A stretch of 64,000 nt of DNA from a virus, in IMG/VR virus record IMGVR_UViG_3300012682_000001, positions 1 through 64,000 of that record; one strand, given 5' to 3'. Below the pieces are notes generated by a model. It had not been told where the DNA came from and did no database searches. It saw nothing but the letters and a program-made list of their open reading frames with translations. The translations under genes were made by a program, and so were the position numbers. Below, one piece after another: positions 25,210-33,840 of the stretch. Each line of letters begins with the position of its first letter. The stretch's first letter is position 1.

Positions 25210-28200
25210 GCCCACTCCAGAAGGCAGGGATCACCATTGGAGTCATCGGGGCCGGAGGCGCCGCATGGAAGCTGCGAAACCAAGAAGGCAGAGAAAGAGC
25301 GCGATCAGCGGCTGCCCCCGCTGCGGTTGGCGCCCTGTTTGGCGCAGGCTTTGGACTACAGAGGGGGTTCGCCGGTGGATTAGTGGACGCAATCAAGAAC
25401 CGACCAGACCTCCTGAAAGGTAATATGGGACCACTTCCATATGCGCTAAAGCACGCTGGTTTAGGAGCCCTTAAAGGCGTTATTCCAGGGCTCGCAGCCG
25501 GAGCAGGATCAGGATTCCTAATCCGCAAGATCATGCAGCACGACAAGCCCCCGAGGCAGCAGCTCTCCTCCCGGCATAAGCTCATCCAGTTTGACGACTT
25601 CCAGCCCCACCAGCGCCGCCATAGTGAACCTAAAATGAGCAACATCAGCCGATTGATCGAACTGGCCCGTGGCGACTACTTCAAGCGCTACGCTAAGGAC
25701 AGCGACTACAGCCAGGACCCGAACGCCAGGACGGTGCGCGATGCGGTCTTCAAACCAACGCCGATCGACAAAGAATACCAGACCCCAGGGCGAGGCGGAG
25801 TGCATGGCCCACCTGAAAGACCAGAGGTCCGCAAGGCCAGAACGCTCGCCTCAAGGCAGACCCGCAGCGCGATCGAGGCGATGGTCCAGGCAGACATTAA
25901 GACTGACCTCACTGGAAAGCACACCGCCCACCGGAAGTCCATCGACGACGCGATCAAGGACCACCAAGCCCAAACGGGATACATCCGCTCACAGGGCCTC
26001 AACGAGGAAGCCGCCAAGCGCGATGCTGAGCACAAGCTGAAGATCAAGGCGACAGAGAGCAAGTATTCGGACTCGATCCTCGGACGCAACAAGACCGACC
26101 CAGTGATGGGAACCCAGGCTCAGACGGCCAAGACAGCCAAGCGCCAGAGGCGGCTCATTAAGGGTGCCCCAGGTCCCCGCAAGATGTCCGAAGCCGACAA
26201 GCTCAGCGTGCTTGCAGACCGGGATAAGTTCGGCAGCTCCATGGCGGCAGAGCTGAGGGAAAGAAACAACATCCTTCGCGGAGCCCGCAAGGCTGCCGGG
26301 GCGACGAACATCAAGGCAGCCAATGCCAAGTTCGCGCCCATCATGGCAGGCATCCCGGCCTCCGGTGAAAGGAAGGCCATCCCCGGCCTTAGGGACCTGG
26401 TGTCTTCAGAGGTGGCCAAGCGGACTGCCGGGGACTCCGATCGTGCAGCGAACGTCAAGCGAGCCGTGAAGGCCAAGGCGGAAGCGCGCATGGGTCGCAA
26501 CGTCACTGAGCCAGAGATTCTCAAGACGCGGGTCAACGAAGTCACCAAGCCGATCTTCAGTCCTGCTGCATTGGGCGGAGAAGCCGCTCAATACGACCGA
26601 GACTCCATCGCCAGTAAACTGGGCCTCAAGGGCCGCAATGTGGATGCGATCAAGGCCCGCTACTCACTCCTCGCCAACCAGCAGGCGACAAGGAAGGCCC
26701 AGGTGACCAGCCAGGTCATCAAGGAAGGCAAAGTCTTCGAGCCCATCCGCTCAGCGACTCACGCCAGCCGCAGCTACCCAGCCCTCAATAAAAACCTCGG
26801 CAAGATCAAGGTCGGAGCAGCCGGACTCGCTGCCGCAGCGATCGGGACCGGCGTAGCTATCGAGCGGAGGATCAAGGCCAAGCGTGAGAAGAAGAAAGAG
26901 CTGGTCCAGTTCGCACTCAAACTCTCGCCCACCGGAGCAGAGAGGGCTGCAAAGCGCGCGGTCAAGAAGGCGCTGCCGGTTCTTCAGGGCAAGGGCTTAA
27001 TCGGGCCGACGCTCACCCCAACCACATCCATCGGCTCTCCAATCGGGCAGGTAATAACGGAGAAGAAAGCCATGGTGAACGGAGGGCTGGTCAACCCAGA
27101 GGAGCACGTAGCCATACTCAAGAGCCGCATTGCGGAGATGGTTAATGACTCCAGAACGGCCAAGGGATTCCTGAAGAGCAGGGTCCAAAACCAGCAAACC
27201 GCCCACGAGAAGCTCGTCGAGAATCTCCGTGACCGCTACACCACGGAGGCAAGCACCCTAAAGAGCGACTTTAGGAAGGTCCGATCCCACGACACAGAGG
27301 TGGCCAAGAAGCGCCTCTTCATCGGAACTGGAGCAGCGGGATCAGTAGGAGCCGTGGCTGGATACGAGACCGGAAGGCCCAGTAAACGAAAGGAGGTTCA
27401 GTTCTCGGAGAAAGAGAAAACCAGCACCACCCGTAAGCTGCTGATCGGAGGAGGCCTTCTGGCGGGCGCTGCGATCGGAGCCCGAACCAGCCCGCGTCTT
27501 CTCCGCAGGGGCCGCGCCATGCAGGAGGGCGAAAGCCTTCTGGGAAAAGTGGTCTATTCCAATCAAGGCGTTACCAGCGCAGCGGATGTGATCCACCTTC
27601 CAGGAGGCCGCAGCCTTAAGTCGATCCTAAAAAAGGCTAGCAGGTCCGAAGGCATGAAGGGAACCGCAGCGAGAGCCGCCCTGAAGGTGGATAGCTTCAT
27701 GGGAATTCCCCAGCGCCACTACGGAGTAGGAGTTGGCAGCGGAAGGATCGCCGAAGTCAGCCGGACGAACGGAAGGCGGGTCGTTCCCGAAGAGAGCTTT
27801 GGCAAGGTTATGGTGGAGAGCGAGGGTAAGATTCTCAAGGAGCCAATCCGCCGACAGCACGAGGGCCGCTCTGGCACCATGGACGACCAGGCGGCAGGCG
27901 CCTTCAACCGCCGCTACGAAGAGGCTCAGGGTTCCAATAAGTGGAAGAAAACCAACATCAACATTTGCAGCGGCACTAACTGCGAGTCCTATGCCAACAA
28001 CCTCGCGGGATTCGGACCGAAGACCCGCCAGATAAACTCGATCATCACGGGCGGAGTCGGAGGGGCGCTGGTAGGCGGAGCAGCCACATCCCAAGCCACC
28101 CGAAAGAAGAAATCAAAGGGGCCGATAATGTTCAGCTCACGATCCAAGAAAGACGAAACCCTGCGCGGAGCAGCCCGCATGGGCATCAGCTCTGGAGTCA

Positions 28201-30281
28201 CTGGAGCTGCTGGTGGGTTAATCCTCGGCCTGGCCGGGACCGGGGAAGGCCGGGCATTCGGTAAGACCAACGTCCTAAAGGCACTGAAGTCAGCAGGGAA
28301 ATGGGGAGGCGGCCTCGCAGCCGCAGGTGCAGGCGGAGCGCTGATCGGCTCGGCGATCCTAGGGGCGCCCAAGCGCAACGAAGGCGCTGCCTACACCAAG
28401 CGAGGAGCCATCGGAGGAGGGGTTGCCGGGGCTATCGCAGGAGGAACCATCGGAGCCCTTGCGTTACGCAATAAGTGGAGCGCGGGAATCATCGCTAAAT
28501 ACGCCAGGGACTGGAGGCCCCTGCAAGTCATCCAGAAGAGCGGAGCATTCTCCAGAGCCGCGATCGGAGCCACCGCAGGAGGCGCCGCAGGAGCAGCCCA
28601 GCTTGCGGATGAAGGCCAGCAGGTTGATACACTCAACTCTGCCACAAGGAAGAAGCAATACCGCATGTCCTCGAACCTACAGCCCATCCAGTTCGCAGGC
28701 CTTCCCGTAGCTCAGGACCGCTACCGCAAGGCCATCCGAGAGAAAGAGGGCGAGCGCGCCGACAGCAACTACCTCCGTAGCGCAGCCGCAGGCACCACCA
28801 TAGCGGCTCTCCTGAGGCGCAAGACGGGTTTAGCCATACCCCAGGCCCTCCTGACCGGCGCGGGGATCGGCGTGGCCTCCCAGGCGGCAATGCGGGCCAC
28901 CTCGGCCAAGGACGCCTTCGGAGACCGCTCCTACAACGACAAGCGCAAAGAGCGGCTCCCATGGCAGGCAGGCGGCCTCGTCGCCACTGGCCTCCTCGCC
29001 AGGCGTGCGGGTAACAAGCTGCGTGACCTCAAGGTGGGCGTTAGTCGGACTGGTCGGAATATCCGCACCGGAGCGCTGGTCGCAGGTGGGGCGTATCTCG
29101 CCAACCGCATGCTGTTCAATTCCATCGGAAAACCCATCGAGTTCGCCTACGACCCAGTGGCCGACGCCCTTCGCGAGCGCAGCCAGAAAGACCGCCAGAA
29201 ACGCAGCTCGATGCGCGCCGCAGAAGACCTCTACCGAAAGGCCGGACGGGGCAAGCGACTGGCGCGGGACGCCTCCCTCGCACTCAAGGGTGAGAAGAGC
29301 GTCGATAGTCGTGGCCGTGAGCGTGTCCCGGAGTGGCAGAAGCCGTGGGTCAAGCAAGCCGTGGGGCTCGGTATCGCCGCGCTGGCGATCAGGAAGGCCC
29401 GTGGCAGCTATCGGGGGATCAAGGAGGCCGCAGCCGCGCAGAAGCAAGCAACAGGCGAAGCGCATGGCATCCCCGGAGCGGTGGACCGGATCGGCCAGCT
29501 CTTTAAGCGCTCGGACACCTACACCCACGGAGGCGCAATCGTTACGCCATATTCGGCGCTCCAGAGCACGCTAAAGAACAAGATTCCTCGATCGATCGCC
29601 AAGCCCGCATTGGCCATTCGCCGGGAGATTAGGAATACCGTCCGAGACACCAAGGCAGTCATCAATGACAAGGTGGACGACGTGGTTAATCGATGGACTG
29701 GGACCACACCGGGTGTCGAGGCGGCTCGGGTCGTGGCCGCTGACCAAAACAAGGTCAAGAAGGTCAAGGACCGGCTGAAACAAATCCGAGCGGTCAACGC
29801 CGGAGTGAAGCCAGGCAAGCTCTCAGAGTTCTCCGTTCATCAGTTCGCCACGACCCTCGACGACTGGGACATCAGCCACCGCAGCCGCAACACGGCGATC
29901 GTCCGCATCCCCGGAGGCCAGAAGCGAGACCGTCGCCAGAAGGACTACCTGGAGACCGCAGCAGGGCAGAGGATGGTCCGAAACATTGCTATCGGTGGGT
30001 CACTGGCAGCCGGAGCAGGAGGCGCAGCGATCTTTGACCGGCACATGAACTCAGTGAAGAATGCAGCGATGGCCGAGGGCTTCAAGGACCACCCTTCAGG
30101 CTTCAAAGTCAGCGGAGTGAATGAGGCTGCCGAGAAGGCGACCTCCAAGGCAGCCAGAGCGGCCAAATTCGCAGCCATCCAGAGGGAGTTCCGGCAGGCA
30201 GCAAAGAGGTTTGTAATCAAGGCATCCTCCAGAGACCCGCTGATCACCCTCAGCGTCAAGCTCGACTACCTGATCTCCTGA
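25206..30281 (+). CDS. 1691-aa internal virion protein: repeated glycine-zipper modules with embedded LRAT/NlpC-P60-like domain
   Basis: About 17 Gly/Ala-rich hydrophobic segments (e.g. GGGLAAAGAGGALIGSAILGA) alternate with Lys/Arg-rich linkers and x-I/V-Q/E-F motifs. H-box RHYGVGVGSGRIAEV and NC-box TNCESYANNL. Confidence 0.85.
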   Translation: MSPLQKAGITIGVIGAGGAAWKLRNQEGRERARSAAAPAAVGALFGAGFGLQRGFAGGLVDAIKNRPDLLKGNMGPLPYALKHAGLGALKGVIPGLAAGAGSGFLIRKIMQHDKPPRQQLSSRHKLIQFDDFQPHQRRHSEPKMSNISRLIELARGDYFKRYAKDSDYSQDPNARTVRDAVFKPTPIDKEYQTPGRGGVHGPPERPEVRKARTLASRQTRSAIEAMVQADIKTDLTGKHTAHRKSIDDAIKDHQAQTGYIRSQGLNEEAAKRDAEHKLKIKATESKYSDSILGRNKTDPVMGTQAQTAKTAKRQRRLIKGAPGPRKMSEADKLSVLADRDKFGSSMAAELRERNNILRGARKAAGATNIKAANAKFAPIMAGIPASGERKAIPGLRDLVSSEVAKRTAGDSDRAANVKRAVKAKAEARMGRNVTEPEILKTRVNEVTKPIFSPAALGGEAAQYDRDSIASKLGLKGRNVDAIKARYSLLANQQATRKAQVTSQVIKEGKVFEPIRSATHASRSYPALNKNLGKIKVGAAGLAAAAIGTGVAIERRIKAKREKKKELVQFALKLSPTGAERAAKRAVKKALPVLQGKGLIGPTLTPTTSIGSPIGQVITEKKAMVNGGLVNPEEHVAILKSRIAEMVNDSRTAKGFLKSRVQNQQTAHEKLVENLRDRYTTEASTLKSDFRKVRSHDTEVAKKRLFIGTGAAGSVGAVAGYETGRPSKRKEVQFSEKEKTSTTRKLLIGGGLLAGAAIGARTSPRLLRRGRAMQEGESLLGKVVYSNQGVTSAADVIHLPGGRSLKSILKKASRSEGMKGTAARAALKVDSFMGIPQRHYGVGVGSGRIAEVSRTNGRRVVPEESFGKVMVESEGKILKEPIRRQHEGRSGTMDDQAAGAFNRRYEEAQGSNKWKKTNINICSGTNCESYANNLAGFGPKTRQINSIITGGVGGALVGGAATSQATRKKKSKGPIMFSSRSKKDETLRGAARMGISSGVTGAAGGLILGLAGTGEGRAFGKTNVLKALKSAGKWGGGLAAAGAGGALIGSAILGAPKRNEGAAYTKRGAIGGGVAGAIAGGTIGALALRNKWSAGIIAKYARDWRPLQVIQKSGAFSRAAIGATAGGAAGAAQLADEGQQVDTLNSATRKKQYRMSSNLQPIQFAGLPVAQDRYRKAIREKEGERADSNYLRSAAAGTTIAALLRRKTGLAIPQALLTGAGIGVASQAAMRATSAKDAFGDRSYNDKRKERLPWQAGGLVATGLLARRAGNKLRDLKVGVSRTGRNIRTGALVAGGAYLANRMLFNSIGKPIEFAYDPVADALRERSQKDRQKRSSMRAAEDLYRKAGRGKRLARDASLALKGEKSVDSRGRERVPEWQKPWVKQAVGLGIAALAIRKARGSYRGIKEAAAAQKQATGEAHGIPGAVDRIGQLFKRSDTYTHGGAIVTPYSALQSTLKNKIPRSIAKPALAIRREIRNTVRDTKAVINDKVDDVVNRWTGTTPGVEAARVVAADQNKVKKVKDRLKQIRAVNAGVKPGKLSEFSVHQFATTLDDWDISHRSRNTAIVRIPGGQKRDRRQKDYLETAAGQRMVRNIAIGGSLAAGAGGAAIFDRHMNSVKNAAMAEGFKDHPSGFKVSGVNEAAEKATSKAARAAKFAAIQREFRQAAKRFVIKASSRDPLITLSVKLDYLIS

Positions 30282-30303
30282 TTGACAGAAACCCACTACA
30301 AAC

Positions 30304-30846
30304 ATGAGCCGCCTGACCAAACTAATTGAACTCGATGCGAAGCTGGATGGCGTTCTGCAATTCCGCAGACGGGTCGATGAATACGGCAACGAATACGAGG
30401 AGGACGGCATGGGGGCAGGAGGCGTGGCGGCAGCGGGCGTAGGCGGGGCTGGCTTGCTGGCTGGCGGCCTATACGCACGGGGTCGCTACGTGCCAGGGCC
30501 TGTGGCTCCGGGCTTTCGAGGAATTGAGCAAACCATGGCAAAAGGTGGAGGCAGCATGGTTGGGGCTGCCGGTGGATACGCACGCAGCGCCTATGGGGAG
30601 GCAAAGGGGTATGCGACAAACGCCTACGCAGGGGCGAGGGGCTACGCTTCCCAGCAGGCCGGAATTTACAATAAGGGCTTCACCAAGGGCGGCGGTGGAA
30701 TGAAGGGCCTCTATCGGGGCGTCAAAGGGGTGGCCAGGTCGATCACCAAGGGCCGGTCCAGATTCGTAGGTCTGTCCGATAACTCTCAGCGCCTAATGCA
30801 GCTCAGCTCGAAGCTGGACGAGGTGATGGAGTTCGGCGCACGGTAG
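30304..30846 (+). CDS. Gly-rich internal protein flanked by the shared motif
   Basis: Starts MSRLTKLIELDAKLDGVLQF and ends RLMQLSSKLDEVMEFGAR; the core is Gly/Ala/Tyr-rich. Confidence 0.7.
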   Translation: MSRLTKLIELDAKLDGVLQFRRRVDEYGNEYEEDGMGAGGVAAAGVGGAGLLAGGLYARGRYVPGPVAPGFRGIEQTMAKGGGSMVGAAGGYARSAYGEAKGYATNAYAGARGYASQQAGIYNKGFTKGGGGMKGLYRGVKGVARSITKGRSRFVGLSDNSQRLMQLSSKLDEVMEFGAR

Positions 30847-30859
30847 GCCACTGAGCCCG

Positions 30860-32206
30860 ATGCAGCGCCCTGAGTCCAGGCAGGAGGGGAACACCGCCAG
30901 GATTGCAGCCGGTGGGCTGTTAGCCGCCACCAGCCTGCCCTTACTCAGGGGGGCTGCTAGGTTCGCCGGGGCCAGATTCCGACCCACGCTAGCCAGGGCG
31001 GTCAGGCCGTTAAACAAGGAGTGGGCCAAATCCATCGGAAGCCACGGGAAGCGAGTCGTGGATTACATCGAGGGCTCGCAGCAGATGCTCAACCGAGGCG
31101 TGACCGGAAAGCTGGCAGGCTTGGCGATCCAGCGCAACACACTCAACCAGCCAGCCAAAGGCTTGCTCCATACCGCCAAGTTCAGGGCTGGCCCCTCCAG
31201 CGCGTTCAGTCACTGGACCAAGGAGGTCTCCGAGAAGATCAGACCAGGAGCTTCAGCCGATCTGCACGCGACTCAATCCCGGTCAGCCTTGGCACAAATG
31301 AACTCGCTCATGAAGAAGGGAGGGAACGAGTCAGAAGCCTTAAAGGAGGTTGCGACCAGTGGAGCCCACGCAGACCTGATGCGAAGGATGATCACATCCA
31401 AGTCCAAGAACGCCAAAGATTACTCGGATGTCACAGCCGTTATCGCGGGAGCCCCCGTGGCAGCAGGGGCTGGTATCTACGCCACGAGGAACAAGAAGAA
31501 GGAGCTGTCGGACCCTGATCCGCTGATCAGACTAGAGGCGCAGCTAGACGGCCTAATCGACTTCAGCATGCTCGGAATGCTGGCCATCGGCAGCGGCGTC
31601 CATGTGGCTCAAAACGCCATGTTCAAGGCAGCGGCATCTACAAAATACGGTAAGCGAGTCCTGGCATCATTGTTCCAATCAGGGGTTAGGCACGCCAAAT
31701 CCGGCAAGCAAGTTAGACCCGGAATCCTGCGCGCCACTGATGCGATTGCTGGCCCCGAATACAGTCACATCTACAAACAGGGCCTGAAGAGCACCCGCAT
31801 CCAGAGACTAGCCGCAAGCGCCTCCAGTAAACTTGGGCTCGGCAAGGACGTAACAGACGCCACAGACGTGATGACCGGGAGGCGATCCAAGGGATTCGAG
31901 AAGGTCTTGAACTGGGCACCCAAGGCCCCAGTGACCAACAGCAAGTGGGCGGGGGCGACAGGGGGCGCAGTGGCTGCCGCAGGAGCGGCCTTTGTGGAGC
32001 CCTTGGTCCCAGCCGTAAACCTAGCCCGAACCATCATCGCCGAGACCAGCATGGGAGAGCGAATCCTAAAGAGCCGATTCCTCAAGGGTATTGGAGGGGA
32101 CAAGCCCTCAAGGGTAAGGCAGGTTATCGAGGATTACGTTGCCAGCCCCACACTGGGGAAGGTTCAGGCCATGGGATACGGCATCAGCCGCCGAGCAATC
32201 GGCTAA
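30860..32206 (+). CDS. internal virion protein with shared motif
   Basis: 448 aa; glycine-zipper segments and a central KKKELSDPDPLIRLEAQLDGLIDF. Confidence 0.7.
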   Translation: MQRPESRQEGNTARIAAGGLLAATSLPLLRGAARFAGARFRPTLARAVRPLNKEWAKSIGSHGKRVVDYIEGSQQMLNRGVTGKLAGLAIQRNTLNQPAKGLLHTAKFRAGPSSAFSHWTKEVSEKIRPGASADLHATQSRSALAQMNSLMKKGGNESEALKEVATSGAHADLMRRMITSKSKNAKDYSDVTAVIAGAPVAAGAGIYATRNKKKELSDPDPLIRLEAQLDGLIDFSMLGMLAIGSGVHVAQNAMFKAAASTKYGKRVLASLFQSGVRHAKSGKQVRPGILRATDAIAGPEYSHIYKQGLKSTRIQRLAASASSKLGLGKDVTDATDVMTGRRSKGFEKVLNWAPKAPVTNSKWAGATGGAVAAAGAAFVEPLVPAVNLARTIIAETSMGERILKSRFLKGIGGDKPSRVRQVIEDYVASPTLGKVQAMGYGISRRAIG

Positions 32207-32300
32207 TTGACAAGAGCCCTGATGGCAATGGCTACCAAGAACGGAAAGCTGACGAGCAGCAAGAAGACCAGCACAGCTAAAATCTGACGAAGGTTCATAT

Positions 32301-33746
32301 ATGAATTCAAGAGATGCAATCAGGCTTGGCAAGCGCTATCCCCTCACGGAGTTCGGGGCGCTAAGCGATTTCATGTCCGCCGCCAGGAGGGCGGGACAGA
32401 GAGTGTCGAGAAATCCAGCAGGAGAGATGGAGAAGGTCAGCGCCAGGGTGGAGGCAGCAATGCTGGGAAGCGAGGGCAAGGTCACCAAGCGCCAAGCCAG
32501 GGAAATCATCCGAGGAATCGCTGGCAACGATGCGGCATCCTCGGCAGTGATCAGCCCCAGGGTGTCCAATCGCTACAACCCCCTCGCCGAAGCATTCCCG
32601 AACCTCAGGGAGGCCCTGAAGAAGGCCCCGCCGCAGGTAAGAGGAGCGGTGAACAGCGTGGTGGGGGCTCCGATCCACGCGCAACCAATTGCCGGAGTCG
32701 TAGCTCACGAGGCCACGCACATGCGTCAGAATCAGATGGCTGGAGCGGCTGGAGGAAAGATCGCCAGCAGCCTGGCCCGAAAGCTCGGCGCCGGAGATGC
32801 CGGAGCCGCTACAGCCGAGAGCTTTGGGACGCTGGCGGGCAAGGTTGGTATCACACAGGCTTACGGCGCCCCAGTTCACCCGGTCGTCGAAAAGGCAGTG
32901 GCTGGCCTTCACGCAAGGGGAATGCCAAAGGCAGCAGCGGCGGTCTCAGCGGCGTCTCACGGGCCACAGTTGGCCATGGAAGGCCACGCCAACCTCGCAG
33001 CCCTGAAGCACCCAGGAGGAGGCCGCGTTGCCGCCGTATCCCAGGGCAGCTACACTGCTGCCGCCTTGCAGAGGATCAAGCGCGCCTACCGTGGCGAGAA
33101 AGAGCTATCGTCCCGAGATCAGCTTAACGAGATCATCCAGCTCTCCTCCTGCAACTACCCCCGCCTCGCCCGAGCAGGCATATCCCCTGGCATGGCAGCC
33201 GACGCGAAGAAGATGAAGAAGCGGACCGGCGAAGACCCGCTGAAGGGGCTGCTCAAGGGGGCGATCGGGTTGTCGGCGAGGGAAGAGCTAGACCAAATTC
33301 AGTTCGGCTTCGGGGATGCGGCTCAGCGCTTTTACGAGAGGCATCCAAAGAAAGTATCAGGGGCCGCGTCAGCCCTAGGGGCGACAGCGGGGATCGCCTC
33401 CTACTACGGCCTCTACCGGCTATACAAACATCTTAAAAAACCCAAGGAAAACCAGCAGGCCTTATCGGCCCGCGACCAGCTCGACACCATCCTCTTCGGC
33501 ACCGACCCCCGCCCCCGCAACAACCTCGGCATGTTCAGCCAGGACGGAGAGCAAGGCCCTAATCCCAACGCCGTCCACGAAGTTTACAAGAGGCCCGCAC
33601 CCCAAGCCCCGATGCCCCCAGCAGCCCCGGAGGAAGAAGCAGTCCCACCACAGCAAGGCGGAGTCAGGGGGCTGATCGGCAGGGTCAGGTCGGGTGAGGT
33701 GAAGATGAGCGCCCGCGACCAGCTCGACTCGATCATCCAGCTCTGA
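32301..33746 (+). CDS. internal protein with DUF4157-like zincin motif and four C-terminal motif copies
   Basis: VVAHEATHMRQNQ (HExxHxxQ, 32706-32720). Motif copies LSSRDQLNEIIQL, SAREELDQIQF, LSARDQLDTILF, MSARDQLDSIIQL-stop. Confidence 0.7.
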   Translation: MNSRDAIRLGKRYPLTEFGALSDFMSAARRAGQRVSRNPAGEMEKVSARVEAAMLGSEGKVTKRQAREIIRGIAGNDAASSAVISPRVSNRYNPLAEAFPNLREALKKAPPQVRGAVNSVVGAPIHAQPIAGVVAHEATHMRQNQMAGAAGGKIASSLARKLGAGDAGAATAESFGTLAGKVGITQAYGAPVHPVVEKAVAGLHARGMPKAAAAVSAASHGPQLAMEGHANLAALKHPGGGRVAAVSQGSYTAAALQRIKRAYRGEKELSSRDQLNEIIQLSSCNYPRLARAGISPGMAADAKKMKKRTGEDPLKGLLKGAIGLSAREELDQIQFGFGDAAQRFYERHPKKVSGAASALGATAGIASYYGLYRLYKHLKKPKENQQALSARDQLDTILFGTDPRPRNNLGMFSQDGEQGPNPNAVHEVYKRPAPQAPMPPAAPEEEAVPPQQGGVRGLIGRVRSGEVKMSARDQLDSIIQL

Positions 33747-33840
33747 CAGCTTGACCCAACGGGAAAGACCCGGTAAAAAGAACACGCCCGCAATCGCCCT
33801 GAAGAGGCGACGCGGGCGCTGACCCCAATCATGAACGACC

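Noticed and set aside
30283-30306. Reading the recurrent TTGACA motifs as ordinary sigma-70 -35 boxes
   Set aside because: They lie only 19-26 nt from the start codons, and no -10-like hexamer follows at 16-18 nt. They are kept as a motif of unknown function instead.
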